From: an uncultured delta proteobacterium
Lineage (GTDB): Bacteria; Desulfobacterota; Binatia; UBA9968
DNA length: 64,000 nucleotides
Assembly: GCA_963755715.1 (NCBI GenBank)
Contig: CAVWLW010000004.1
Span: 1 to 64,000 of the forward strand
Reading direction: 5' to 3'
Shown: positions 11,131 through 22,901 of the stretch, piece after piece
How the letters are laid out: each line of letters begins with the position of its first letter
Numbering within the stretch: position 1 is the first letter of the stretch
Position numbers and translations under genes: made by a program
Notes under the pieces: generated by a model
The model's database searches: none
What the model saw: the letters and a program-made list of their open reading frames with translations, nothing else
What the model was told of the DNA's origin: nothing

Positions 11131-13641
11131 TCACGCCTGCTCAAGGGCGCATTTAAGAAATTGGCCGGTGTAAGAGCCTGATATCAAAGCGACTTCCTCA
11201 GGCGTTCCCTCGGCGGTCACTTGCCCCCCTTGGGCGCCGCTTCCCGGGCCCAAGTCGATGACATAATCAGCGCTTTTGATGACGTCCAGGTTATGTTCGA
11301 CGACCACGACCGTGTTGCCCAAGTCAGTTAGACGGCTGAGCAGTTCCAAAAGTTTCTTGACATCGTCGAAGTGCAGGCCGGTGGTCGGTTCGTCGAGAAC
11401 GTAAAGCGATTGACCGGTGGATTTTCGCGCCAGCTCGCGCGCCAGCTTTACACGCTGGGCTTCGCCGCCGGCAAGCGTCGCGGCGGGCTGGCCGAGCCGG
11501 AGGTAGCCAAGCCCCACCTCACGCAACGTGCGCAAGCGATCGTGAATCGGGGCAATATTATTGAGCAGCTCGGACGCTTCATCGACGGTCAAGTCCAACA
11601 AATCGGCGATGCTCAAACCTTTGTACTTGACGTCCAAAGTTTCGCGGTTGTAGCGCCGTCCCTTGCACACCGGACAAGTGACAAACAATTCCGGGATAAA
11701 ATACATTTCAATCCGAGTCACGCCTTCGCCGGCGCAAGCTTCGCAGCGCCCGCCCCTCATATTGAAGGAAAAGCGATCCGGCTTGTAGCCGCGCACACGC
11801 GCTTCGGGCAGCGCGGCAAAAAACTCGCGAAGATGATCGTAGATCCCAGTATAGGTCGCGGCATTGGAGCGCTGGGTGCGGCCGATCGGGTTCTGATCAA
11901 CGCCGATCGCTCGGTCGAATTGTTGCCAGCCGATGAGCTCGGCACCGCCGTCATTGACTTTCATTCGCTGCAAACGTTGTTGCAAGCCGCGATAAAGGAC
12001 CTCCATCACCAGCGTGCTTTTCCCCGCGCCGGACACGCCGGTCACACAGGTCATAACTCCGACCGGAATCTCCACCGTCAGATTTTTTAGATTTCGCGCT
12101 CTGGCGTTTTTGATGACGAAATCTTTATCCGCGCCCTGGCGGCGTTCAGAGGGCAGCGCAATCTTCACGGCACCGGACAAGTATCGTCCGGTGAGAGAGC
12201 GGCTGTCGCACAAGACTTCCGTCGGCGCGCCCCGCGCAATGACCTCGCCGCCGCGCTCGCCCGCTCCGGGTCCCATATCGATCAAATAATCCGCCGCGCG
12301 CATGGTCTCCGGATCATGCTCGACGACGAGGACCGAGTTGCCGGCATCGCGCAGTTGTTTCAGCAGTTCGATGAGCTTCGCGTTGTCTTTTTGGTGCAGC
12401 CCCATGCTCGGCTCGTCGAGAACGTAGAGAACGCCCGCCATGCCGGAGCCCATTTGCGTCGCCAGGCGCACCCTTTGGAGTTCTCCACCCGAAAGGGTTA
12501 CCGAGGAGCGATCCAAACTCAAATAGTCAAGACCCAATTGAGTCATCACGCCCAGCCGCCCCGTGATTTGATCGACAATTTTTTCGCCGATGATTTTTCG
12601 TCCCTCGGCGAATTGGCAGTGACTAAGAAACTCGAGCGTCGCCGCGATGGGCATGGCCGCGATCTCGGTAATGTCGTGGCCGCCGATGCGCACCGCGCGG
12701 CTGGTTTTTTTCAAGCGCGAGCCGCCGCACTCCGGGCACGGCACGGTAGCGCTATTTTTGACCCGTTTGCCGCGCTCGGCGATTTCGCCCAGGCCGTTGC
12801 AGCGCGGACAAGCGCCTTCGGGACTATTAAACGAAAATAGCCCCGGAGTAATTTCCGGCGCGGACGCGCCGCAGTTTAGACAAACCAACTTTTGGCTGAA
12901 CGCCATTTCGCGTCCGCCGTCCGCGTCATTTTCCGAAGGAATCCGAACCTTGATTATCTGATCGCCGTGGCGCCCGGCAATTTCAATGGACTCGGCTAAC
13001 CTTTTCCTGATGCCGTCGCGCAGCACTAGCCGGTCGATCACCAGGTCGATCCGGCTCGCACTCTCGATATCGAGCGGCTGCTCGCCGGCCAACTCCGTCA
13101 TCCGGCCATCGAGCATCACCCGAGAAAAACCCTGCCGGGCCAACTCCTCCAGCCTACTGCGCGCCGCCGGCAGCGCCAGCGGCGCCAGAACAATCACTCT
13201 TGTTTGGTCCGGCAGTGAAAGCAATTGATCGACTATTTGTTCGACGCTGTAGGCTTTGATTTCGTGACCGCATTCAACGCAGGTCAACTGCCCGGCGCGA
13301 ACGAATAGCAGACGGAGAAAATCGTAAACGCTGGTGATCGTGCCGACCGTCGAACGCGGACTCGCCAGGCCGGCCTTTTGTTGAATCGCGATGGTTGGTG
13401 AAAGCCCGTCGATGCTATCGACGTCCGGCTTTTCGATCTGCTGCAGCAGTTGTCGAGCGTCGGCGCCGAGCGACTCCAAATAGCGCCGCCGCCCTTCCGC
13501 GTAGAGCGTGTCAAAAGCTAACGATGATTTTCCCGAACCGGAGACACCGGTGATAACGACAAGCTGATTGCGCGGAATTTCCAGGTCGATATTTTTAAGA
13601 TTGTGAACCCGCGCGCCCTTGATAACGATATTGGCCGCCAC
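11131..13641 (-). CDS. uvrA: UvrA-family ABC ATPase, short form lacking the insertion domain
   Basis: GARVHNLKN, GVSGSGKSS, FSFNSPEGACPRC, LSGGELQR, GVSGAGKST, FSFNMRGGRCEAC, LDEPTTGLH; 836 aa. Confidence 0.92.
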   Translation of the reverse strand: MAANIVIKGARVHNLKNIDLEIPRNQLVVITGVSGSGKSSLAFDTLYAEGRRRYLESLGADARQLLQQIEKPDVDSIDGLSPTIAIQQKAGLASPRSTVGTITSVYDFLRLLFVRAGQLTCVECGHEIKAYSVEQIVDQLLSLPDQTRVIVLAPLALPAARSRLEELARQGFSRVMLDGRMTELAGEQPLDIESASRIDLVIDRLVLRDGIRKRLAESIEIAGRHGDQIIKVRIPSENDADGGREMAFSQKLVCLNCGASAPEITPGLFSFNSPEGACPRCNGLGEIAERGKRVKNSATVPCPECGGSRLKKTSRAVRIGGHDITEIAAMPIAATLEFLSHCQFAEGRKIIGEKIVDQITGRLGVMTQLGLDYLSLDRSSVTLSGGELQRVRLATQMGSGMAGVLYVLDEPSMGLHQKDNAKLIELLKQLRDAGNSVLVVEHDPETMRAADYLIDMGPGAGERGGEVIARGAPTEVLCDSRSLTGRYLSGAVKIALPSERRQGADKDFVIKNARARNLKNLTVEIPVGVMTCVTGVSGAGKSTLVMEVLYRGLQQRLQRMKVNDGGAELIGWQQFDRAIGVDQNPIGRTQRSNAATYTGIYDHLREFFAALPEARVRGYKPDRFSFNMRGGRCEACAGEGVTRIEMYFIPELFVTCPVCKGRRYNRETLDVKYKGLSIADLLDLTVDEASELLNNIAPIHDRLRTLREVGLGYLRLGQPAATLAGGEAQRVKLARELARKSTGQSLYVLDEPTTGLHFDDVKKLLELLSRLTDLGNTVVVVEHNLDVIKSADYVIDLGPGSGAQGGQVTAEGTPEEVALISGSYTGQFLKCALEQA

Positions 13642-13652
13642 TGCATACCCGT

Positions 13653-15005
13653 CTAACTTTGGAATTCCTTGAGCTTGCTCTCAATGACGGCGCGGTATTC
13701 GTCGAGCTTTTGTTGACACGACGCTTCAAACCGCAGCACAAGCGCCGGTTGCGTGTTTGACGCGCGAATCAGTCCCCAGCCCTCGGGAAATTGCACGCGA
13801 ACGCCGTCGAGATCGATGACATCGTAATGTTGGCGGAAATATTCCGTTGCCTTTTCTGCAATCATAAATTTTTTTTCGTCCGGGCAATCCACGCGAATCT
13901 CCGGAGTCGATACGCTCTTGGGCAGATCGGCAAGCAAGCAGGATAGCGGTTTTCCCGACTGGGCGAGGATTTCGAGCAAACGCAGCGACGCATAAATCGC
14001 GTCATCGTAACCGAAGTAGCGTTCTTTGAAAAACATATGCCCGCTCATCTCGCCGGCCAGCAGCGCGCGCGTTTCTTTCATCTTGGCTTTGACCAGGGAA
14101 TGGCCGGCCTTCCACATGATCGGCCGGCCGCCGTGCGCGGAAATATCGTCGTAAAGACGCTGCGAGCATTTCACTTCGGCGATAATCGTCGCGCCCGGGT
14201 TGCGCTTGAGCACGTCGCGGGAGAACAACACCAGCAATTCGTCACCCCACAGGATGTTGCCCTTTTCATCTACCACGCCGATGCGGTCAGCGTCGCCGTC
14301 ATAGGCGATGCCGAGATCGGCTTTCTCTTGCCTCACCTTCTCGATCAGCATTTCGAGATTTTCCGGCACGGTCGGATCGGGATGATGAAATGGAAAGCTG
14401 GCATCCGGCACGCAGGCGATCTCCCAGACCTGACAACCCAGTTGGCGAAAAATCGGCGGCGCCACCGGCCCACCGACGCCGCTCCCGGCATCGACAACCA
14501 CTTTGAGTGGACGAGCCAATTTGGGCACGTCGTCAAGCAACCGCTTGTGATAAGGCGGCATGATTTCATAGCGCTCCACCTTGCCGCCCGGTTTTTCCCG
14601 ATACTCGTTGCGCTCCATCTTGGCGCGAATTTCCTGGATCTGCTCGCCGTAGAGCGTGTCCTTGCCGAGACAGATCTTAAAGCCGTTGTATTCGGACGGA
14701 TTGTGGCTGGCCGTGATTTGAATCCCGCCATCGACGTCGAGATGGAACAAAGAAAAATAGAGCAACGGGCTGGGACAAATGCCGATGTCGTAAACGTGAA
14801 GTCCGGCGCAAGCCATGCCGGCAATGACCGCTTCGGCGTAAAGGTCTGAAGTGGTCCGGCAATCGCGGCCGACAGTTACCCGCGTGCCGCCCCTTTCAGC
14901 GACAGCCGTACCGTGCACTTTGCCGAGCAGCAACGCGAAGTCCTTGTCGAAATCCTTCTCTGCCAAACCGCGGATGTCGTACTCGCGAAATACCGATGGG
15001 TTCAT
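13653..15005 (-). CDS. Phosphomannomutase/phosphoglucomutase
   Basis: FREYDIRG, ITASHNP, DGDADR, GEMSGH, RASNTQP. Confidence 0.95.
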   Translation of the reverse strand: MNPSVFREYDIRGLAEKDFDKDFALLLGKVHGTAVAERGGTRVTVGRDCRTTSDLYAEAVIAGMACAGLHVYDIGICPSPLLYFSLFHLDVDGGIQITASHNPSEYNGFKICLGKDTLYGEQIQEIRAKMERNEYREKPGGKVERYEIMPPYHKRLLDDVPKLARPLKVVVDAGSGVGGPVAPPIFRQLGCQVWEIACVPDASFPFHHPDPTVPENLEMLIEKVRQEKADLGIAYDGDADRIGVVDEKGNILWGDELLVLFSRDVLKRNPGATIIAEVKCSQRLYDDISAHGGRPIMWKAGHSLVKAKMKETRALLAGEMSGHMFFKERYFGYDDAIYASLRLLEILAQSGKPLSCLLADLPKSVSTPEIRVDCPDEKKFMIAEKATEYFRQHYDVIDLDGVRVQFPEGWGLIRASNTQPALVLRFEASCQQKLDEYRAVIESKLKEFQS

Positions 15006-16027
15006 TTCTGCCCCCGCCTCATGCGCTGGCGCGCCAAGCGCGCCGCTAACAAAATCGCTTCCTTCATGCTGCTGGCGTCGGCCTTGCCGGTGCCGGCGAT
15101 ATCGTACGCCGTACCGTGATCCACCGAAGTACGAATAAAAGGCGGGCCTAATGTCAGCGCGACGCCGCCAAAAAAATGATGCAGCTTCAACGGAATCAGG
15201 CCCTGGTCGTGGTACATGCACACGACGGCATCATAGTCGCCGCGCGCCGCATGGTGAAACAGACTATCGGCGGGAAAGGGTCCGAAGGCGGGAATGCCTT
15301 TCTTGCGCGCTGCTTTCACCGCAGGTGCGATAATTTCTATTTCCTCGCCGCCGAAAATACCGTCTTCGCCACCATGCGGGTTTAGCGCCGCCACCGCGAT
15401 GCGTGGCTGCGCGATGGCAAAAAAATCTTTCAGGCTGCGGTGCGTCAGCGCCAAAGTCGTTTGAATATTTTCCCGCGTCAGCCGGCGCGGCACTTGGGTG
15501 AACGGAATGTGACCGGTCACCGGCACGACGCGGAGTTTGGCGCCAATCAGCATCATCCGACATTCCGCGGTGCGGCTCAGTTCCGCGAGCAGCTCCGTAT
15601 GACCCGGATAGTTGTAACCCGCATCGATCAAGCTGCTCTTGCTGATCGGCGCAGTGGCGATCGCGTCGGCAACTTTCGCCAGCGCCAATTTCGCCGCGAC
15701 GCGAATGTAGCTAAACGCGCCGTGGCTGCCGGCCTTGGATGAGACAGCCGGACGGGATTGCCGGGACGTCAACGCCGATAAAGAACATACGACATGAGCC
15801 GTGGGGTGATCGAGCAACGGCAAAAGCGGCTGATTCGTTTGAAAGCAAATCAGCTTCGGTGGATTTTTTTGGCCACGGCGAGTCCGTTCAAGCACGCCCC
15901 AATCGCCCAAGATCAGCGGCCGTGAGACGCGCTTGATTATCGGGTCGGCGAGTGCCTTGAGAACGATTTCTGGACCGATACCCGCCGGATCGCCCATGGT
16001 AATGGCGATGATCGGTTTGCTAGACAT
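15002..16027 (-). CDS. pdxA: 4-hydroxythreonine-4-phosphate dehydrogenase
   Basis: MGDPAGIGPEI, GHTE, LNPHGGE, MYHDQG, RTSVDHGTAYDIAG. Confidence 0.96.
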   Translation of the reverse strand: MSSKPIIAITMGDPAGIGPEIVLKALADPIIKRVSRPLILGDWGVLERTRRGQKNPPKLICFQTNQPLLPLLDHPTAHVVCSLSALTSRQSRPAVSSKAGSHGAFSYIRVAAKLALAKVADAIATAPISKSSLIDAGYNYPGHTELLAELSRTAECRMMLIGAKLRVVPVTGHIPFTQVPRRLTRENIQTTLALTHRSLKDFFAIAQPRIAVAALNPHGGEDGIFGGEEIEIIAPAVKAARKKGIPAFGPFPADSLFHHAARGDYDAVVCMYHDQGLIPLKLHHFFGGVALTLGPPFIRTSVDHGTAYDIAGTGKADASSMKEAILLAARLARQRMRRGQK

Positions 16028-16090
16028 ATCTAAAGAATCGCGCCGGAATGATCGGTTTTACTATCCGCGCTTGCGCAGGCGGTAACGAGA

Positions 16091-17382
16091 TCAGGGCTTT
16101 TTCGAAGAAAATGGATTCAAGGAATCCAGGAATGTCCCGTTTTCCGATTCCGGTTTGGGCGGAGTCAAAACGTCAGGCACTTCCTCGACAGTGTCCGTCG
16201 TAAAGAGCGGCACGCCGAAGACGCTGACGATACTTTTACCCGCCACCGGACTTTTCGGATCCTCCTCCTCAAATGGGATCTCTTTGACGATGTACGAGAA
16301 TGGATTCAAATAACTCATGAAGCTACGGTCTTGGCGTCGCGTGCGGAGCGACTGGAGTTGGCCGCCAAAGCATTCACCGTAGCTTCTTTCGAATCTTCCG
16401 GTTTGAACACAACGCCGGCCACCTTGACATCGACTCTATTTTTTCGTCGCAAGTCGGTTTTGACCCACTTCGTGAAGCGCTCCTCCAGGGCTTTGTTGAG
16501 CAACTCTTCCCTGATCTTGGGCGCCACTGTGGCGAGCGGCAGCACATTGCCGGATTCGCGCCCTTCGAGTTTAACGATATGAATGCCCATGCTGGTGCGA
16601 AACGGCTCGCTCACTTGACCCACGGCCAATTTTTCGAACGCGACTTCCTCGATTCCGGGGACTAAAGTTCCACGGTTGACCCAGCCGATGTCACCGCCCG
16701 CGGCCCGCCCGGCTCCTTCAGAATACTCCTGCGCCAACTTGGCGAAGTCCTCACCGGCGGCGATTTTAGCGTAAAGCTCTTTAGCCTTGGCCATTTCACT
16801 TTGCACCCGGTCCGGCGGAGCGTTTTCCGCTAGCGGCAGGAGAATATGGCGAATGCGGGCGCGGTCGTTGGCACGAAATTTTTTCGCGTTGAGCTTGTAA
16901 TAACGCTCGACATCGTCGTCGGTGATGTTGACCTTTCGCTTGACCTGGCGGTCGATGATCTCGCTTTTTTCCATCTCGGACTTGACCGAGGCTTTATAGC
17001 TCGCCAGTGTCTGCCCTTCTCGGCTTAGGGCGGTTTTGAGGTCTTCTTCAGATAGACTATTATTTTTTTTGACTTGCTCGATATAACGATTCACATCGTC
17101 GTCGGTAATGCTGATGCCGGCTTCGCGGACTTCGGCCTCCATCAGCTTGTCGGTAATAAATTGTTCCAATACTTCGCGATCGGCGGTATTGATTTGATCG
17201 AGATTACCGGTGGGAAAAGCGCGCCCGGCTTTACTTTTTGCGTAGCTGTTCACGTTGGAAAGCGTGTACGGCTCACCGTTGATCACGACGAGTAATTGCT
17301 CGACGACCGCGGCGCCGGCGATGGGGGGAACGAGGGAGAGAAAAAATGCCAAGAAGTATTGTGTTTTGGCTTGCCTCAACAT
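16091..17382 (-). CDS. surA: SurA-like periplasmic chaperone/parvulin PPIase with a C-terminal extension (probable frameshift near 16330)
   Basis: Signal peptide, SurA N domain, RHIL...FAKLAQEYS...GGDIGW...GIHIVKL; mfd-surA-pdxA synteny. Adding one A joins ORF 16091-16318 (AKDRSFMSYLNPF). Alternatively two coupled ORFs with an ATGA overlap. Confidence 0.8.
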
Positions 17383-17504
17383 CGGCTTTCTCGAATGGCA
17401 ACCGATCAAGTAACGAAACCACTAAGAGAGCTACCATACTCGAATTTAAAAGCCAAACCGCCAATGGACGGTCCTTTAGCCGGATATGTTGCTAGGTACC
17501 TCAT

Positions 17505-20500
17505 TTACGCGGGCAACGATTCCGCGGGAAAATTTTCCACCGCGGGAAGGTCCTGAATCGAAGCGAGCAACTCCGTCACTTCGTCCATCAGCGGCTCCCA
17601 TTCCAGGTTTCGCGGCGCAAACGATAAACGCCCGTCGGGCGAGAGACGAAAACGGCTCTTTTGTTTGCGAATGAGGTCTAAAAGTTTTTCCACCTTGACC
17701 GGCGATTCGGGATGAAAAAGCAAAAACACTTTGCCGTCCGAGACGCTGATCTGCTGGACTAGGAAATGTTTCAACGTGCGCCGTAGGTTCATCACGAGAA
17801 AAAGATTCTCGACGACAGTGCCGTACGGCCCGAAGCGATCCCTGATCTCTTCTTTCAATTCGTCCAACTCCTGGCTGCTGCGCAGGCTCGCCAGACGCTT
17901 GTAGAAATAGAGCCGCTGATTGGCGTCGGGAATATAGTTATCCGGAAAATAAGCCGAGATGCCGAGGCGAATTTCCGGATCGACTTCCGGCAAAACTTCT
18001 TCCCCTTTCAGTTCCTGAATCGCTTTCTCCATCATCTCGGTGTAGAGCTCGAAGCCCACCGCGGTGATCTGCCCCGATTGTTGATCGCCCAGCAAATTGC
18101 CCGCGCCGCGGATTTCCAAATCATGCAACGCGAGCTTGAATCCACCGCCAAGCCCGTCGATTTCTTGCAGCGCGCGCAAGCGTTTCTCGGCGTCCGGCGT
18201 GATCGCCTTTTCACCGGGGATAAGCAAATAGGCGTAAGCGTGCCGATGCGAGCGGCCGACCCGGCCGCGTAGTTGGTAGAGCTGCGCCAGACCGAATTTG
18301 TCGGCGCGATTGATGATAATCGTATTGGCGTTGGGAAAATCGAGACCCGACTCGATGATCGCCGAGCAAACCAAGACTTGCGTCTTGTTGTCGAGAAAAT
18401 CGACCATGACTTTTTCCAACTCTTTGGGCCGCATCTGGCCGTGCGCGACGGCGATCTTCGCTTCCGGAATCAGATCGGTGAGCTTGAGCGCCAGGCGATC
18501 GATCGTTTCGACGCGATTATGAAGAAAGAACACTTGACCGCCGCGTTCCAGCTCGCGCAAGACCGCGTCACGAATCAATCTCTCATCGTAGCGGGTTACG
18601 TAGGTTTGAATCGCCAGGCGATCTACCGGCGGCGTTTCGATGATGCTCAGCTCGCGAATGCCGACCAGCGACATGTGCAGGGTGCGCGGGATCGGCGTCG
18701 CGGTGAGACTCAAAACGTCGACGAGCTGGCGCAGCTTCTTGAGCCGTTCCTTGTGCACCACGCCAAAACGTTGCTCTTCGTCGACGATCACCAGACCCAA
18801 ATCCTTGAACTCGACGTCTTTTTGCAGCAAACGATGGGTGCCGATGAGGATATCCACTTTGCCCTGAGCGGTCTCCTGTAAAATCTGCGCGACTTCCTTC
18901 GACGTGAGGAAGCGGCTCACCATTTCGATGCGCACCGGCTGATTGCGAAAGCGATGGCGAAAGGTCTGCAAGTGTTGTTGCGCGAGAATGGTCGTCGGCG
19001 CCAGCACGGCGACTTGCTTGCCGCCTTCGACGGCGAGGAACGCCGCGCGCATGGCGACTTCGGTCTTGCCGTAGCCGACATCGCCACAAATCAATCGGTC
19101 CATCGGCTTCTGGCTCTGCATGCCGGCGAGGGTTTCGTCGATGGCGCGTTGCTGGTCCGGGGTTTCCTCATACTCGAATCCGGCCTCGAATTCTTTATAC
19201 AAGTTGTCCGGCGAGGCGAAGGCGGTGCCGGCGCGCGCCTCGCGCAGGGCGTAAAGCTGAACCAATTCTTCGGCCATCGCAAAAATCGATTTGCGTGCCT
19301 TGGCTTTGACTTTTTCCCAAGCCGTGCCGCCTAAGCGATCGAGTCCGGGCGCGGCGCCGTCACCACCGATGTATTTCTGCACCATATTGATGCGGTCCAC
19401 CGGCAAATACAGCCGGTCGCCGCCTTCGTACTCCAAGTGCAGAAACTCGCCTTCGACGCCGGCGACTTTTAAAAATTTGAGACCGCGGTAAACGCCGATG
19501 CCGTGATCCAAATGCACGACGAAATCATCCTGCTTGAGCTCGCTCAGGCTGGTTAAAAAATGGCTCGGATGACGCTTGGTCGAAGCCGCGGGCTGGCGCT
19601 TGCGCGTGCCGAAGATTTCGTCGAAAGTTACGAACACCAAGCGCGCTTCCGGCAGGCGAAACCCTTGGTTGAGATGGCCGCAGACGATCGCCTGCGCGAA
19701 ATCGACGCGCGCCGACACATCGTTCGATGGGCTCCTCGAGGATCGGCAATTGCAAGTTGTAATTGCTCAACAGCTCGCGCAGTCGCGCCGCATCCGCTGG
19801 GGTCGGCGCAACGAAGATGACTCTCTCGCCTTGCCAACTTTTCAAGCGCTCGACCAGCGGCGCGAGCGAGGCCTCTTTGCCGTGCAGCGCGGTTTCCAAG
19901 CGAATATCGGTCGTCAAGTAAGATGCCACCGTCAGCGTCGATTGCTGCGCGCGCTCCGACGCGGCAAGAACGGTGAGCGATTCGCCTTGGACCCGCGCGA
20001 ATGGCTCGAGGGCGTCGCGCCATTCATGCTCGTTCAAATACAAAGCGTCCACTGGCGCGACCAAGCGGTGCTCTTCCTTGGCCCGTTCATGGCGCTCCCA
20101 AGTTAGCCGGCCAAAACGTTCGGCCTCGGCTTCGACCCGATCCGCGCCATCGAGCCAAATGAGCGTCTCTTTGGGCAGGTAGGAAAATACCGGCACCAGC
20201 GGCCCGGCAAAATAAGGCGCGAGAAATTCAATGCCGGGAAAAGGGATGCCCGAGCGCATCGACTCGAGCAGACTGTTCTTCTCTCGTCGATCCACTTCCA
20301 ACTCCAAAGCGCGCTGATCCAAGCGCCGGAGCGCATTCTCCACGCCGCTTTGCTTAAGCGAAAAATCTTTCATCGGCAGCAGCAACATCTCTTCCTGAAG
20401 CTGTGCCGTACGCTGCGTCGCTGGATTGAACTCGCGGATCGATTCCAACCGGTCGCCGTCGAACTCGAGGCGCAACGGCCGCCCATAGCCAGGCGAAAAC

Positions 20501-21054
20501 ACATCGACGATCCCGCCGCGCACGCTGAAGTCGCCGCGCTCCTCGACCAGCGGCACGTTTTGGAAACCCCACTGAACCAGATGTTCAAGCAACGAATCGC
20601 GGCGCAGATCCTGACCGGCGACGAGATATAAATAGGATTGTTTGAGCGCCTCCTTGGCGATGACTTTCTGCATCAACGCGGCCGGCGTCGCAATCAGTAT
20701 CGGCGCCGATTCTTCGACCAGTTTGTAGAGTCCCTCCAAACGGCCGGCGATGTTATCGGGGTGAGGCGAGAGATTTTCGAAAGGCAGTACCTCCCAGGAA
20801 GGAAAAAGATGCAGCCGCTTGCGAAATGGCGCCTGGGCGCGCTCTTCGCCGAGAAAAAAATTAAGATCATCGTAGAAATTTTCCGCCTCGAGCGCACTCG
20901 AACAGACGACGAGCATCGGCCGGCGCTCACGTGCCGCCAGTTGCGCCAGCAGCCAAGCCCGCGCCCCGCCTTGAATGCCTTGAACCCGCTTGCTGCCGGT
21001 CCAGGTCCCTTCGAGAAAATGTTCCAGTCGTTGCGCGAGCGCGATATCGGTCAT
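17505..21054 (-). CDS. mfd: Transcription-repair coupling factor, split by one extra base near 19730
   Basis: [62 protein letters not shown]. Confidence 0.95.
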
Positions 21055-21419
21055 GAAAAAAAGCTGAAGCGTTGCAGTTGGATTTTCGGCAGCGGCGGCA
21101 GAGCGGGCGGATCGGCGGGTTTTTCCGCGGCTTCGGCCCACCTTTCGACGGCCTGGCAGAGTTCCTTTGAACGAATCCGTAAAAAAGCCGGTTGATAATT
21201 CTCGAAGCGGATCAACGCTTGGTGCATCATTCGCACCGGTCCTTTGACTTCTTGAAAATCGCAAAACATACGAAACGCCGCGGCCAACTGAATCAAACCT
21301 TCGACAAAAGGTTTATTCGCTTCGTCGGTCTCGTGGTAAAACCCTTCCCAAATCTCGTGGCATTCGAAAAACTGACCTTCGTTAAACAGACGTATGCCCT
21401 CTCGCAGTCGAGCGTTCAT
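21051..21419 (-). CDS. DUF309 family protein
   Basis: GIRLFNEGQFFECHEIWE...GLIQLAAA; its stop overlaps the mfd start. Confidence 0.85.
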   Translation of the reverse strand: MNARLREGIRLFNEGQFFECHEIWEGFYHETDEANKPFVEGLIQLAAAFRMFCDFQEVKGPVRMMHQALIRFENYQPAFLRIRSKELCQAVERWAEAAEKPADPPALPPLPKIQLQRFSFFS

Positions 21420-21495
21420 AAGTTTTGCTTGGAATTTTAAGCTAACAGCTTCTCTGCCGACCCTCAAGGCAGGAGACGTCGGCGCAGCGCGAGGA

Positions 21496-22737
21496 CTACT
21501 TTTCTTGGCCCGCCCAAAGGCGCTTGTCGTAATCAGCCACGGAAGGCACCGCGGCGAGCCAGATGCAGATATCCGAAACCGACAGCACCAACGCCGACAA
21601 GCCGAAGGAAACCAAGTAGCTCCCGGTCCAGTCGTAAAACGCGCCACCGAGCCAGGAGCCGAGCGCGCCGCCGACCCCGACCGCGACGGTCGAATAACCG
21701 AGAATCGACCCGAAACCTTTGCCGGAAAAAATATCCGCGGTGAGCGCGGAAAAAATGACCGCGCGCGAGCCGAAGCCGATGCCGAAAAAAATCACGTAGA
21801 CGTAAAGCAACCAGGTTTGACTCGGATTGCTGAGAACCATCAGCGCGCTTACGCCGACGACGGTCATCGCGATGTTGAGCGTGTAGGCCGCCTGCTTGGA
21901 CAAGCGATCGGCGATGAAGCCGAAAATTACCCGGCCGAAGCTGCTCGTAATCCCGGCCAGTCCGAAAATCGAAGCCGACAAGAGCTTGCTAAATCCGACA
22001 TCGACCACGTGCGCCACCTGATGCGTCACAATCACCGTCGTGCCCGCGGCCGCGGCAATGCGCGCGATAAACAAGAGCCAGAACTGAAGACTTTGCAGCG
22101 CCAGGCGCGCCGTCCATTGATTTTTATCGGCTCTCTTTTCGGCGCGGTGACGCACATGTTCGCCGTACGGTCCATGCTGATAAAAAATCCAGACGACCGG
22201 CAGAAGCCCGACCAAAACGATCGCGCCGTAGATTTCAAAGGCGCGGGCCCAGCCGTAATTTGAGGTCAGCCATTGGCTCAGCGGAGCAAGCAGCATGATG
22301 CCGAGCCCGGTGCCTGCGTAAACGAAACCAATCGCCGATGCCCGATTCGAGGAGAACCACTCGGAGACCAAAAACACATGCGGCACCATGCCGGTGAAAG
22401 TGAAACCAACGGCAAGAATGATTCCGAAGCAGATGTAAAGCTGCCAGAGGGCCGACACCTGGCTGCTCAGAAAAAGCCCGAGCACCAGCGCAACGCAACC
22501 GGCAATGGAAATCTTCTTGGTGCCATAACGGTCCAGCAGGTAGCCGACCAGCGGCGACAGAACCGCATCGACGGTGAGCACGATGGAAAAAATCCCCGCC
22601 GTCGCGCCGCGGCTCCAGCCGAATGTGTCCAGCAATGCGACATTGAAAACGCCGAAGGAAGAATGAATCCCGCGAGAAAATCCAAGAACAACAAAAGCAA
22701 GTGAAGCGATGAACCAGGGTGTCCGAGAAAAACGCAT
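21496..22737 (-). CDS. MFS transporter (OFA/MCT-like)
   Basis: About 12 TM segments, GYLLDRYG motif A, FGWSRG, GFIADRL. Confidence 0.9.
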   Translation of the reverse strand: MRFSRTPWFIASLAFVVLGFSRGIHSSFGVFNVALLDTFGWSRGATAGIFSIVLTVDAVLSPLVGYLLDRYGTKKISIAGCVALVLGLFLSSQVSALWQLYICFGIILAVGFTFTGMVPHVFLVSEWFSSNRASAIGFVYAGTGLGIMLLAPLSQWLTSNYGWARAFEIYGAIVLVGLLPVVWIFYQHGPYGEHVRHRAEKRADKNQWTARLALQSLQFWLLFIARIAAAAGTTVIVTHQVAHVVDVGFSKLLSASIFGLAGITSSFGRVIFGFIADRLSKQAAYTLNIAMTVVGVSALMVLSNPSQTWLLYVYVIFFGIGFGSRAVIFSALTADIFSGKGFGSILGYSTVAVGVGGALGSWLGGAFYDWTGSYLVSFGLSALVLSVSDICIWLAAVPSVADYDKRLWAGQEK

Positions 22738-22901
22738 GGTAAAAAAGACATCCTCTCATTAACAGAGAGCCGGAAGAGGCACAAGCAAGGAAAATTTCTC
22801 GCGCTCCGCCGGCGAATGCGCACGAAAAAACGCCCGCGGATTGAGAGCAATCGATGGTAAACTTGTCTTTTCGCCGGCCTGCGCTTATCTTAGGATCTTC
22901 C

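Noticed and set aside
11371-22263. Long antisense ORFs (e.g. 11371-12090, 14037-14849, 21394-22263)
   Set aside because: They are shadows of GC-rich genes on the opposite strand and carry no motifs.
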